Source of the DNA: Podospora anserina
Lineage: Eukaryota
NCBI GenBank assembly: GCA_017654855.1
Contig: CM030334.1
Location: 1-64,000 of the forward strand
Direction: 5' to 3'
Length of the DNA: 64,000 nucleotides
Both the position numbers and the translations under genes were made by a program. Shown here one piece after another: positions 40,522-52,091 of the stretch. The stretch's first letter is position 1, and the number at the start of each line of letters is the position of its first letter. The notes beneath the pieces were generated by a model. That model was given only the letters and a program-made list of their open reading frames with translations. It was not told the DNA's origin and did no database searches.

Positions 40522-42708
40522 ATGTTGGAAAGCGGCGGAAATTACGACGTTGCAGCCATGAGTGACATCCTGGATCACGGATTGGGCGAACAACTGGCAG
40601 CGGCCCTGCTCACTTGGGGTGGGGAACAGGACCAGGAGGCGAGACGGCAACCGAGAACGCAACCAGATCATCATAACGAGCCCGGTGCTGATGCCCGCTC
40701 AGATTCCAGTTTTGACTCTGCCTCTGACTCTGGCTCTCTCACTCCTCTGGCCCGTCATCATGTTTACTTCCACAAACTGATGCGCTTCGCCGACGACAGC
40801 ACCTGGAGCAAGACAGCCCTGGGCCCCCACAGGCGCGATATTAATGTCAACCTGGAGGACGGCAACGACCGTGACGACAACCTGGATGCTACCGATTCCG
40901 ATAGCACCTTCACCACCCAACCAGCCAAGAGCATCAATATCTGTGCCCGTTATTGCCAGCACAGGGTAGAGACCATGGAGAACCCACCGCTGCCCCCACA
41001 AAACTGGGACAAGGAATTGCCGCCAACACCCTTCGATACAACCCCTACCTCATCATCATCACATCCCCAGATGTCTTGCAGGATATCAACCTTCCCGTTC
41101 TCGCATCCATGTGACATACCAGAGTTGATACTTGATCCGGATGAGGACCATCTTCACACCGAACCCAGCCCGCTGCCATCCGGGCTCGCCACCCCCAGCG
41201 TGGTCAACGACATCTTCCAACCTCTTAGCCAGACTGCTTCCCCTGATCTCGAGTTTGGTCCCTTCACTCCACTCGCCCTCGAGGCGGATCCTCAGCACTC
41301 CATGGAACAGCAGCAGCAGTCCAGAAAGATGTCCATCAAGACCATGGTCTCGGACGTATCAGACGGTCTCGGTATTATTGAAGAAGAAGACGACGTCAAC
41401 ACCGACGGCGTGTCTATGCTCACTTCGACAGAGGCCTCTTTTGGTGGAGACGCTGGCGGAGAATCCAGCATAGATCGGTTTGGGAGGGTAGATTCAAGGG
41501 CCTACCAACCCCAAGCATGGAGCATCAGTTCATCGGCCGGTAGCACCGGGTCGAGCGAGTGGCGCCCCAGCATCAAGAGCTCACGAAAGTCGGTAACCCT
41601 CCTCTCGCGCATGCGCGGACGCCACTCGGTAGTGCAGGAGGAGCCTTTGGAAAAACGGTCGCTGACTCCGTACGAGCTCAGTGCTCCAGCACCAAGACAG
41701 GACGACGACAACTGCGTCGACATGCCGCCCCCGCCGACTGGATCATCGCTGCCTACCATTCACAGTCGCACCGAGATCACCTCGACGACCAACCCTCGGT
41801 TCTTTGGCAGAATTCCGTGGTTGACAAGTGATTCGCAGCCCGAGAAGCAGGGGACCGTGTTTGGTGTTGATTTGAATTCGAGCATCAAACTGGCGCCCAT
41901 GAAGATTCGGGTGTCACATCGGGGAAGGGGGTCATCGTACCGGACATATCCGCTAGGCGTTTACAAGTGCTGCGAGTTCATTCGCAAAGAGGGTACCTTA
42001 TGTTTCCCACCTTTTGCGTTGCGAGGACTGAATGACACTGACATTGGATGCTTTGCAGGCAACAAAGCCGGCAGAGCTTTTTGCTCTCCCGGCAACGCCT
42101 TCCACGTGGCACAGCTCAAAGAAATCTTCAACACAGGACCGACTTACGGCGAGAATTTCCAGTTTGAAGGTACCGACTACACGGTCCACGATGCCGCGCG
42201 TTTGATTCTGTTATACCTTGAGGAACTGCCCAAACCTCTCATCACGTCATCAGTTGTAAGGTGTTGGGTGTTGCTGGCCCGCCAAGAGGGAGCCATCGAG
42301 CCGCCTTGTCCACGGGTCGAAACCGGACTCGACTTTTGGACCGAAGCCCTCAGCCGTCTGCCAACCGCGTCCCGCAATCTCGTCAAGCACCTACTCGCCA
42401 TATTTGCCGAGGTCTTGCTGCAAACGACGGGAAACGTCACGGAGGCAGATTCACGGCATTTTGCCTCGGCAGTCTCGCGGGCACTGTTCCATCAGGACAC
42501 CGACGCCAGTGTCGTGGCTGGTGGTGCTCCCACAGCCAGCAAGAAGAAGACCAATAAAAGGAGCGTCCACCCAACGCTGGCTCTTGCTTTCTTGATCAAG
42601 AAGCGAGGAGAATATTCGGCGACGTTGGGCAAGGCTACAAATATGGGTACCAAGAGAGACACCCAGTTTTTGCCCACCACGAAGGAAATCATGCAATGGA
42701 AGGGATAG
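40522..42708 (+). CDS. RhoGAP-domain protein with long disordered N-terminus (start approximate; probable in-frame intron ~41993-42058)
   Basis: VFGVDL, VYKCCEFI, YTVHDAARLILLYLEELPKPLI, LSRLPTASRNLVKHLL. Confidence 0.85.
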   Translation: MLESGGNYDVAAMSDILDHGLGEQLAAALLTWGGEQDQEARRQPRTQPDHHNEPGADARSDSSFDSASDSGSLTPLARHHVYFHKLMRFADDSTWSKTALGPHRRDINVNLEDGNDRDDNLDATDSDSTFTTQPAKSINICARYCQHRVETMENPPLPPQNWDKELPPTPFDTTPTSSSSHPQMSCRISTFPFSHPCDIPELILDPDEDHLHTEPSPLPSGLATPSVVNDIFQPLSQTASPDLEFGPFTPLALEADPQHSMEQQQQSRKMSIKTMVSDVSDGLGIIEEEDDVNTDGVSMLTSTEASFGGDAGGESSIDRFGRVDSRAYQPQAWSISSSAGSTGSSEWRPSIKSSRKSVTLLSRMRGRHSVVQEEPLEKRSLTPYELSAPAPRQDDDNCVDMPPPPTGSSLPTIHSRTEITSTTNPRFFGRIPWLTSDSQPEKQGTVFGVDLNSSIKLAPMKIRVSHRGRGSSYRTYPLGVYKCCEFIRKEGTLCFPPFALRGLNDTDIGCFAGNKAGRAFCSPGNAFHVAQLKEIFNTGPTYGENFQFEGTDYTVHDAARLILLYLEELPKPLITSSVVRCWVLLARQEGAIEPPCPRVETGLDFWTEALSRLPTASRNLVKHLLAIFAEVLLQTTGNVTEADSRHFASAVSRALFHQDTDASVVAGGAPTASKKKTNKRSVHPTLALAFLIKKRGEYSATLGKATNMGTKRDTQFLPTTKEIMQWKG

Positions 42709-43879
42709 AGGGAGATATGATGGCGTGTTCAAAAGCTACGGGGACACCGGTTCAAAGGTGGGCATCATGGCCTAGGTAGGTAGGATGTGGACGGACAGGA
42801 GATGTGAACGGATAAACTGGCACGCGCGTTGGTTGAGATACCCCTTTTGCTTTCTTGCTCTTCTTGCCATTTTTATTGCATTTTAGTCTTTCAAGTGTTG
42901 GAGGGGGTTGCCTACACATCACATCTATCATCATCTTCACACAATCATCATTTTGCGGCGTTTTCTTTGTTATTTCCGGGAATGGATGAGCCCAATGTAC
43001 ACCTGGATTCTACATGTCGAAGCGGATAGTCATTTGTTAATGTTGGTACCTATAGTCTGGGTTGAAAAAGGGTCAAGTGATCGGATGGAAGAAGGTTGAC
43101 TGGGGAATTGTCACGATATCAAAATATCATCTAATGCTGCTGTCCATTATTCTCTGATTTTTCTGATCAAGCTTGTGACAAGAATATGCTGTTAGTTTGC
43201 CATTTATATGGACGTGAAAGCGAGATTTCATAGAAGGTCGCCGGCAAATCTGATCTACCATACCTCTCATCAACGTCATTTAGTTCTGTTGTCGATCAAC
43301 TTGGGGTACATGGCCCAGCTCTATATGGCCTGCATTGCATGGTTATGCATGAAATACACATGGAGCTATCCCAGAAAGGGACAACTTTCGATGGTGGCAT
43401 AAGAATTCAAGAAGCTAGCAAAAATGGACACGACTGAGGTTAAAAGAGTACAGCGAGAGCAAAACGGGGAAACACTCGGTTTCCTCAGTGTTGTTTCTCT
43501 AGAGGATCAGTTGCTCTTGACCGTCCGTCTGGGCGTGCTATTCAAAACGGGGGCTGCCAACACTCCATTTTGATCCATTCAATTACACATGTGCTTGGGT
43601 GAAAGACAGTGCCATTTACCTCAGGAAGGAACAAGGCTACCAAGTATTGGGATCTTCAAGCCACTATCTATTAATAGTTGGTAAGCAATCCTGGTGAACA
43701 GCATAAGACACGCCTCCTCTCGGTGGTCCACGGCCTCCAACATTGAACCACACCATTAGGTTTACGCTCTTACACTGTCACGGCTGTATATTCCGCAGGT
43801 CATACACCATAAATGCAAAGACAAACAACTAATTCTACCATGAGAGATAGAAGCCCCGAAAAAAATAATGTGATAGCTC

Positions 43880-44153
43880 ACCAGTCAACACCCCCTAGAA
43901 AGGTGATTTACCCGCAGTAAAGCTATTCTTTTCTATATTTACATTGGTGATTCGACCGCGTCGTTGATACTACATAACCAGCTAGTTAGTATCGAGCAAC
44001 GGAATCGCAGGGTCTGGAGCAAATTGTTCCAGTACCTGTAGGTCCCAAGTTTTGCCTGTTGATCTGAAGTTAGCTACGCAGTTCTGTTGAAACGGGAACG
44101 TCTCGAAACGGAGAAAACAGAGGGATCGGAGGTGCTTACTGAGGTTGAGCCAT
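43880..44153 (-). other. Candidate small spliced gene or relic (two canonical introns)
   Basis: TATAA, CAAAATG at 44153, GTAAGC..GCTAAC..CAG and GTACTG..TACTAAC..TAG. Confidence 0.4.
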
Positions 44154-44950
44154 TTTGAGTTGTTGACATATGCTCCAGAAAAGGTGATTATATGGGCAGG
44201 TGGGCTTGGGAAGGGGGGACCTGCTTGGTGATGTTGTCGTTAGCGGCGAGGTGTGGGAGGTATTTGGATAGCAGCTTCACTGTTATGCTGGGCAGAAACT
44301 CGACTGATGAGAGCATATCCAGCAGATAGCCGTAGCATAAATCGATAACAGTAAAGGATTTTTTTTTTGGCACGGATAGATATGTCTGATAGCTAGTGTG
44401 CTGCTGTGTTACCTCCGAATCCTCCGAGTGACTCTACATTTCAACTCTCGTACAAGCAGTGGGTGAACATCACTACGTATTGGTGGTATAAGCTTCAAAC
44501 TTACTTGGTGCTTTTGTAACAAAGCATAGCCTAAACTAGACAGTAGAGGTGATCATAACGTAAGAACAAAGGCAAACAAAAGAATCAGAGCCATCCAAGA
44601 TGGGGCTCTAGCCAACCTGCATTGCACAGGCTTCTTCCAGGCACCCATGTTCAACAAGTGCTAGGACTCAACATCTTCCAGGCCTAATAAATGGATGGAT
44701 ATGTTCTAGAAACATCTATCGGTCATCATGGCTCATGCCCGTCTCTGATTCGATGGGGCCGGACATGTTCGGACTCGTAGGACTATCGACCGTCATGGTA
44801 GTGTAACCCTGGCAAAGCGCCGAACTTGCAGGTATGACACTCATCACCATCTGAATGGAGGCTCAACGGTTCCACGTTGAGTATATATATCTATATGGCA
44901 AGCTCAGCTCAAACCCGTCTCGCACAACTTACAACATCCCTCGTTTAAAC

Positions 44951-45442
44951 ATGTCCAACGCTGTCGAAACTGAAGGAACCCTTTACAGGGGCTCATGTCA
45001 CTGCGGCTTTGCCAAGTACACCGTCCGGCTAGACTTCACCAAACCACCTCCGTCTCTCCATGGAGCAAACGCCACCAGATGCAACTGTCGCGTCTGCTTC
45101 AAAATGGGCACCATGCTCACAGACCCCGGGGACGACGGGTCGTCGACATTTACCCTCCTGACACCAGGAGAGAAAGATCTCGGCATGTACGCATTCGACA
45201 CAGAGCGGGTGAGGTGGTTCTTCTGCCCCAAGTGCAGCATCACTCTCTACAACAGGGTGCATGGGGTGTTTGAGGGGGTCGAGGTGCGCACGTTTAGGGT
45301 AAATGTGCTGACGTTGGATGAGAGGGCGGATGGGTCGCCGATGGAAGATCTGAAGAATCTCAAGATCAAGTACTGGGATTTCAAGGGAGTAGAGTTGCCC
45401 GAAGCGCCTCTTGATGAACCTGTCAATGGAGGAGTGTGGTGA
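44951..45442 (+). CDS. GFA / CENP-V family Zn-binding protein
   Basis: GSCHCG, CNCRVC, FFCPKC. Confidence 0.9.
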   Translation: MSNAVETEGTLYRGSCHCGFAKYTVRLDFTKPPPSLHGANATRCNCRVCFKMGTMLTDPGDDGSSTFTLLTPGEKDLGMYAFDTERVRWFFCPKCSITLYNRVHGVFEGVEVRTFRVNVLTLDERADGSPMEDLKNLKIKYWDFKGVELPEAPLDEPVNGGVW

Positions 45443-45636
45443 GGGTTGGGGCACTGTGTACCCGCAGCTTACCTAGTTAGAAATGATTGGCCAATGATGC
45501 CAAGCTGACTCCATACTTCCAGCTCAATGCGCGCGGGGCAAGCAAGATGCGCCCTGTGATGTTGGGACCTAATTATTTTTGGGGAGCTGGTGTACTGACT
45601 CCTCTGCCGAATCCCCAGTCCAGCAAGTAATCGACC

Positions 45637-47136
45637 ATGGCCAAGAGCGTGAACAAGGCAAAGAAGAGAAAGCAGAATGCCCAGGCCGACGGGCCGAACA
45701 AGGCCGCAAAGACAGCGGCAGTAGCGGCGGCGACAGCCCGGACAACACCCCCCGACAGCGACGGCGACGGCCCATCTCCCGGCTCGGCGCTCGAGCCCAG
45801 GACCTTGCAGACGGTCATCTCGCACGAGGAACTCGACATGGCCATCGACACCCTCAAGACGATTGCCCAGTACCCGAACCTGATCAAGTCCAAGCAATGC
45901 AAGGACCTGCGTGTCGCCGTCTACGATTTCCGCCAGGCCTCGGCCATCGATGCTGGAGCGAACGCCAGCCTGACGGCCCGCATCACAGCAGCCCTCGCCG
46001 ATGAGCGATACACAGATGTGAGGATCCTGCTTGCCGAGATGAGAATCCGGGAGCAAGAGCCAAAGCTTGGTGCCCTATGTCGATGGGTGCGAGATCTGGA
46101 CGTCATCAGCGGCCTGTCTACGATACCCGGTGGTGGCGATGGCACGGCTATCCGGCGCAGCGAACGGGACGAGCAACGCCTGCGGGTCATCGACGCCATC
46201 CTCCGTGTCACCGGTCCCGTCGATACCAATCCAAACGCCGTGCCAATCTCGTGCAATCCGGGCATTGCTCTCCAAGAGATCTGGGACCTCCGCCCCTCCA
46301 CACCCTCGGAACAGGTATACGCCTCGGTGCTGGACAAAACAATCTTCGAGTCGGCGCCGCCTACATTGGTCACCGGTCTCCGGGTCATTGAGACAACACC
46401 AGGTCCCCTTCGCAAGCCTCCCAATCACCATGATGCCTTGCTCTACACCACAGCTCCGAACACCATACCTCTTGCCACCGAACGGGCCCCTGCCACATAC
46501 CAACCTCACCCAGTTGTCCCTGGTCTTGGTGTAATTCGAAACGTCCTTTCTCCCGAAGAATGCAAGGCCATAATCGCGGCTGGTGAGACGGTCAACTTTC
46601 TCCCCGATGCCCCGATGCGGGAAGACGGTGATGTGAGCATTCTGGCGCACAACTTCTACTGGGTTGCAGACAAACTTTTCCACGACACTCTCTGGTCACG
46701 CGTGGCGCCCCATGTTCCGGCCTCGGTGAACGGACGCCTAGCACGTGGGCTCAACCGTCGTTTCCGAGTGTATCGCTACGTCCCAGGCGCCGAGTATCGC
46801 GCGCACATTGATGGCGCTTGGCCTCCTTCCGATGTCCTCCCCGACGACACCTACGTCTATGATGCCTCGCCCCCCGAAAAGAAGCAAAGTTCGCTGTTTA
46901 CCTTCTTGATATACCTGAACGACGAGTTCGAGGGCGGAGAAACTACCTACTTTGTGCCGGCAGCGCGAGAGGGCGTGCTCAATGCCTACCCCATCCGGCC
47001 CGTGATGGGCAATGTTGCCTTGTTTCCTCACGGAGATCCCAGAGGAGCGTTGCTACATGAGGGAACTGGAGTGAGGAAGGGGGCCAAGTACGTGATTCGG
47101 ACAGAGGTGGAATACGATGTTGAGCCCAGCGAGTAA
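45637..47136 (+). CDS. 2OG-Fe(II) oxygenase, prolyl-4-hydroxylase-like, with N-terminal extension
   Basis: YRY..G.EYRAHIDG, FLIYLNDEFEGGET, LHEG..V..G.KYVIRTEV. Confidence 0.9.
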   Translation: MAKSVNKAKKRKQNAQADGPNKAAKTAAVAAATARTTPPDSDGDGPSPGSALEPRTLQTVISHEELDMAIDTLKTIAQYPNLIKSKQCKDLRVAVYDFRQASAIDAGANASLTARITAALADERYTDVRILLAEMRIREQEPKLGALCRWVRDLDVISGLSTIPGGGDGTAIRRSERDEQRLRVIDAILRVTGPVDTNPNAVPISCNPGIALQEIWDLRPSTPSEQVYASVLDKTIFESAPPTLVTGLRVIETTPGPLRKPPNHHDALLYTTAPNTIPLATERAPATYQPHPVVPGLGVIRNVLSPEECKAIIAAGETVNFLPDAPMREDGDVSILAHNFYWVADKLFHDTLWSRVAPHVPASVNGRLARGLNRRFRVYRYVPGAEYRAHIDGAWPPSDVLPDDTYVYDASPPEKKQSSLFTFLIYLNDEFEGGETTYFVPAAREGVLNAYPIRPVMGNVALFPHGDPRGALLHEGTGVRKGAKYVIRTEVEYDVEPSE

Positions 47137-47802
47137 AGCAGGAGGTGAGTATCGGAGGGCCAGCATGCGCTCCGGACTCGAACACGAACGACAAAAACGA
47201 CTGGCTTGGAGCACACTTCGCTTCAGCGTCCGCATCTTCAAACTTGGTGCGCATTGCCCACGTTGGTTTTAACCGCCTTGCACGCCTTGCCCATCTGCCA
47301 CGATACGCAGCTTGACTGGACTGGTGCAGGAGGCTGCTCGCTGATTGGGCCAAGAGAGCGGCGTTATGGATTGTCGTGGCGGCTGTCCTGACGGTCGTAC
47401 CTGCCAAGCCTAACATGAGTTGGGCACCAGAATGGAGACATGGAACGCGCAAGCTGGCGGAGTCGGCTTGTTCAATGCCGAACAGCGTTTTCACTCGGTC
47501 TTGCTGGCAAGGGTTCGAGCCTGTATGGTAGCTGGCGGTCGATGAGAATGCTTGTCAAGCGTATAGATGTGCAGCTTGAAAGCCTTGATAGCCCAAGAGA
47601 GACCCAAACAAACAACAACGGCTGTTGGCTGCCCAAGTGGCATGCTTCAGTTTGACTCCATCAACTACTTATATCGTTTGCATCCGAGTACATACATTGC
47701 ACCGTTTTGGAGTTTTGGGGGGCATCTCCACCTCAAACATACATGCTTGTTGTGACGTCTCGAGGTGTTAGCACCCTCGCCGCGGTCTCCAATACCACCA
47801 TC

Positions 47803-49622
47803 ATGTCTACCTCTACGGTCGAGAAACGATATCTACATAGCACGAGCTACAGCGAAGCTGTAGTGTCGGACAACTACTCATTCTCGTATGTGCCACTATT
47901 TGCTCCATTCCTCCCAGCCAAGGTTCAGATCTAACACGAACCAGGCCATTCAGCAGCCCCCTCACCAGCCTGAAGTTTCGAAACGGCATGTGCTTGACTG
48001 CACATCGAGAGTTCCTCATCCAGAGCCCCAAGCTGGTCTCACTCATCACTCGTCACGATTCCTTCCCCGAAACCATCAGCCTTCCAGAGGTTTCTTACGC
48101 TGCTGGCCAGATCCTGGTTGCCCACCTCTACAGCGGCCGCTGGACGGAGCTGGCATGGTTCGGGCCTGATAGCGGCGGCCTCGAGGATATCGCCAGATTG
48201 GAAACAGCCCTCGAGGTCTACCTGGCCGCCAGGAAATACGAACTCTGCAGTCTCGAGGCTCTCGCTCAGATCCACATTGAGCAAGACGCAGCCAGGCTGG
48301 ATATCTTTACTGTTATCGATGTCGTCAAGAGAGTGTATCCCGTGCCTGACAACAACGACACTTGGTTCCAGCAGCATATCAAATCCCGCATCAAGGCCGA
48401 TTTTGACAAGCCGGACGCTGCTCTGCTGGCCAGGCTGGATACCAACTTTGCTGATGAGTCCTCTATCATCAAGCTGGTCTTGAAAGGCATGCTCGAGGCC
48501 TATCGGGAAAAGACTGAGGCTCTGGCCCAACAGGCTGCAGCGTTGAAGAGACCTTGCACACCATCTAGTGACGGGTCTTTTGAGGAGGTTGAGTGCCCAT
48601 CGCTGCGGACTGTGGTTGAGGATAAAGCTGTTGTCTGTAGCAAGGAGGACAGCCAATCCACATCTGCCCCCACGGCACCGCCTGCTTTGCTACCTACCGA
48701 GGTGGCCGTCGAGGTCTCAACAACACATGCCAATCCACTGCTCGATAAGTCTGTTTACGAGATTGCACCTGAGGCATTACATGCGACTGAAGAGCCGACA
48801 GTGCCGAATGTTACTCCCGTGCCTGAGCCAGAGCTTGAGGCGCAAGTATCGGACCACAACGGCAACAGCAGCGGCGCCACGACAACAGGGATCAAACTGA
48901 AGAAGTGCAAACACAAGTCGACCAAGGCGCGCTGGGAGTGCAAGGCGTGCGGAAGGTGCACCAGACCCTCATGTGTGTCATGCAAGTGCAGGATGTGCAC
49001 GGCTAAATGTCGTGAGGAAAACCATCGAGCTGTTTCTGACCCAGTGGTTGAAGAGGAGGTTTTCCCTGAGGTGGTGCCTGAGGTCGTTGTGGCAGAGCCC
49101 GCTCCAGTCCAGGCGGAGGATGATGGCTGGGATTTTGCGGGCACAAGTAGTAAGACCATTGCGAGGAATGCCCAGATCGATGCGGCGGCGGCGGCGGCGG
49201 TGGTGGTGGTGGCGGAACCAGAGCCTGAACCAAAGCCCGAACCGACGCCTGTGCCGGAACCACAGCCCATTGTCGAAGATATTCCGCGAGACTCTCTTGA
49301 TATCGCCAATAACGACAGGAAAAATGAGGCGAAGAAGGGGAAGCAGAAGGCTGTGGTTCGCCCAGAGACTGAACCCGTGATGCGCGAGGTTGAGCCAATC
49401 CCCCTGATGGAACCGGCTGCAGGACCAAAATCGAAGCCACCGATGGAGGACAACCCCTGGGCGTTTCCATCGACAAAGTTCACGAAAAAGAAGGCAAAGG
49501 CCGTCGTCGGCACTGGATCGGAACCTGTAAGTGAGACCGGGAACGCCCAGCTCATCGCCGAGATTGAGCGTGGTTTTCCTCAGGGTGGGTGGGACTTTTG
49601 GGGAACGTCAAAAAAGCGATAG
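47803..49622 (+). CDS. Hypothetical protein, BTB/POZ-like N-terminus, Pro/Glu-rich tail with Cys cluster (intron 47886-47944)
   Basis: LTAHREFLIQSPKL, ILVAHLYSG, VYLAARKYELCSLEALA. Confidence 0.75.
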
Positions 49623-49749
49623 GTTAGCTTCTAATATGTGATGTGATGGCAGGTGGTTAGATTGTCATTGATCTTCTCAAGTATTATAGTTTGTTTCCAG
49701 TTCCCTCCTCGCCATGTTCACTTCTCGATAATCCCTCCCCTTAGAAAAT

Positions 49750-50170
49750 CCATCCAACGTCGCAAATAACAGCGTCGAAACAATCCCCACCACCGACACA
49801 GCAGTAGCGTACCTAGTCATCCCACTGCTGCACAGTATACTCATTTCTCGGGTGTGATTTGAGAAACAGCGCGAGCAACGTATTCCACAGCATCACAACC
49901 CCGACCACTCCCGCGATCCCAACACCTTTCTTGCAAAGCCCCACGACAGCGACGATGTATTTTCTTGCTCTCCCCTCTTTTCGGGTGACACCCTCTTCCT
50001 CTTCCACCGCCATCCTTCTCTCCCCCTCTGTCAGATACCACACCTCCGTCTCCCCGGCAGAGTAATAATACCATCAAATAATTGAACAACCATCTCCACC
50101 CCCGCAGCCCATGACGTCCGTCCATACTGCTGTAAATCCCACTCTGTGGGCGCGGGCCGAACCCATCGTC
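49750..50170 (-). pseudogene. Deleted/frameshifted MFS transporter relic (allantoate/pantothenate permease type)
   Basis: QSGIYSSMDGRHGLRGWRWLF, WYLTEGERRMA, ATAVSVVGIVSTLLFA in different frames. Confidence 0.65.
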
Positions 50171-50313
50171 AGCCATTTTGTGACGCTCGAGACCGGGAGG
50201 TCGGCGATTGATCTTGATGATAAGATAATGAATTTTGAGCAGGGATGGAAAAAAATGAAGCTCCACAGCAGAGAGGGCTGGTTGTTCTGGGTAAAATGCA
50301 AATGCAAAAGTGA

Positions 50314-50398
50314 AGGTCGTGCCCGGAATCGAACCGGGGTTGCCGGAATTGTCCGATGCTATCAGAATCCGGAGTGATAACCGCTACACTACACAACC
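50314..50398 (-). tRNA. tRNA-Gln(CTG) with 13-nt intron
   Basis: GGTTGTGTAGTGTAGCGGTTATCACTCCGGATT-CTG-A[intron]TTCCGGCAACCCCGGTTCGATTCCGGGCACGACCT. Confidence 0.95.
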
Positions 50399-50546
50399 GA
50401 CGGTTGTATCTGTCCAGTCCAGAAGGAATGTGACCCTTTGCTGTCCACACTAAACAATTGTCATGCATGTTTTCTGGATCGCCACTTTCACATTGAAGAA
50501 GCCGCAATGATTACTCTTTACCTGACATATCACTACCTGGTATCCT

Positions 50547-51701
50547 TTACCGAGTCTCCTGTGTGTCTGGAATCCCACCCTCACCACCCCCCTCCTCGTC
50601 TCTTTCTTCCTCTTCCTGTTCCTCGTCCTCCTCGCTCTCCTCCTCAATATCCACCATCCCAATCGGCACAGCCTGCACCGCCGTACCCGTCCTCTTACTC
50701 CCGATCAACATCTTGTACGCCTCCACCACCTCAGGAAACACGTCCTGCTTCCGAAAGAATTCCGACTGCGCCCTCATCTCCACCTCCAGCGTATCCTCCG
50801 CCCCCCTGGACGTCTGTGAAAGCAAAACCTGGCTACCCCCAATACTCTGACTGCCTCCCATCACAGCCGGACTACTCCCTGTTCTGTGCGACGCAGAGGC
50901 AACACCGGAATACCTAGGAAAATGCATCCCCAACGCCACCACACTCTCCGGCCCGGTGAGTCCCCGACAGATGTGCAGCACCGCCCCGGAGAGAGCGGGA
51001 CACTCCTTCTCAAACACCTTTTGGTGTCTCAACTCCCGCAGCAAACTGCTCCGTATCAAGTGTTGGTTGATCTCCAGTATTGCCTTCAGCGCGTTCAACC
51101 GTGTGCCCAAACTAGCGGGCCAGACGGAGGCGGCGTGGATGTACCTGATGTTGGTCTGCACGCCGCGGGCGGTCATGATGGCTTCGAGGTCGGAGGGGGA
51201 TATCGTGTCGAGGGATAGGGGGCGGAAGGCGGATTTGACGGCTGTGACGATCGCGTCAAAGGCAACGGTTTGGTCGGGGACCGGGGTGTTGAGCTCGTCG
51301 AAGCGGGCGGAGAGGTAAGAGGCAGTTTTGCGGCGGCAGGGTTTTCCCGAGGTGACGAGGTGGGAGATGAGCTGGCGGACTTCACGGTCGGAGAGGACGG
51401 TGCTGAGGATTGTGCGACAGTCTTGGATGGGCAGCTGGGAGGCGACGGTAGGGAGGCCCATGATGGCGGAGGGGGTGAGTTTGGAGGTTGCTTTTGGTTT
51501 CATTTTGAGTCGGTTGGGGATAAGGGCACTGGTGGTTGGGATGAGGGTGAGGGGGGAGGAGAAACCTGGGTCGGTTTGTGTGCGCTGTCGCTTCGCGGCG
51601 CTCTTGCTCTTGCTAGGTGTCCGTGGGGTTGGGGCATGGATGCCGTCGCCTTTACCGTTGTCGTCGCCGTCGCCGCCGCCGTCGTCCTGGAGTCGCTTCA
51701 T
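50547..51701 (-). CDS. Hypothetical protein (~384 aa), basic N-terminus and acidic tail
   Basis: Long ORF with ATG at 51701; NLS-like KRQR; no recognised domain. Confidence 0.7.
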   Translation of the reverse strand: MKRLQDDGGGDGDDNGKGDGIHAPTPRTPSKSKSAAKRQRTQTDPGFSSPLTLIPTTSALIPNRLKMKPKATSKLTPSAIMGLPTVASQLPIQDCRTILSTVLSDREVRQLISHLVTSGKPCRRKTASYLSARFDELNTPVPDQTVAFDAIVTAVKSAFRPLSLDTISPSDLEAIMTARGVQTNIRYIHAASVWPASLGTRLNALKAILEINQHLIRSSLLRELRHQKVFEKECPALSGAVLHICRGLTGPESVVALGMHFPRYSGVASASHRTGSSPAVMGGSQSIGGSQVLLSQTSRGAEDTLEVEMRAQSEFFRKQDVFPEVVEAYKMLIGSKRTGTAVQAVPIGMVDIEEESEEDEEQEEEERDEEGGGEGGIPDTQETR

Positions 51702-52091
51702 GGTGCCGGGCTGATGGGGGATGGGTCTCAAGGGTATCAGCATCTCAATGCGGGACCCAAACAACCGGGCAAAGTGTCACCGCTGCCGCTGCCCGCAAGG
51801 GAAGGTGAACAAGGCAAGTGCCTGCCTACAAAAGATGCACACCAGTGCTGGAGATTTAAGCTTCACCGGACCCCCACCGCATTCTGCCCCGGCCAAGGTT
51901 CGACATCAAGACATGACTGGAAACGAAACTGCGTGTACTGTCACCATGAACGCCCAAGGTGTGTCGTCATCAACAGACCGCTGCCTTATATTTGCGGCCA
52001 CAAAATTATGCAGGATTAGAATAATTAATTACAGGAAGAAACTACCACACCGTCACCGCAACCCGTTCCCAACCCACCCAAAAAATCAAGT

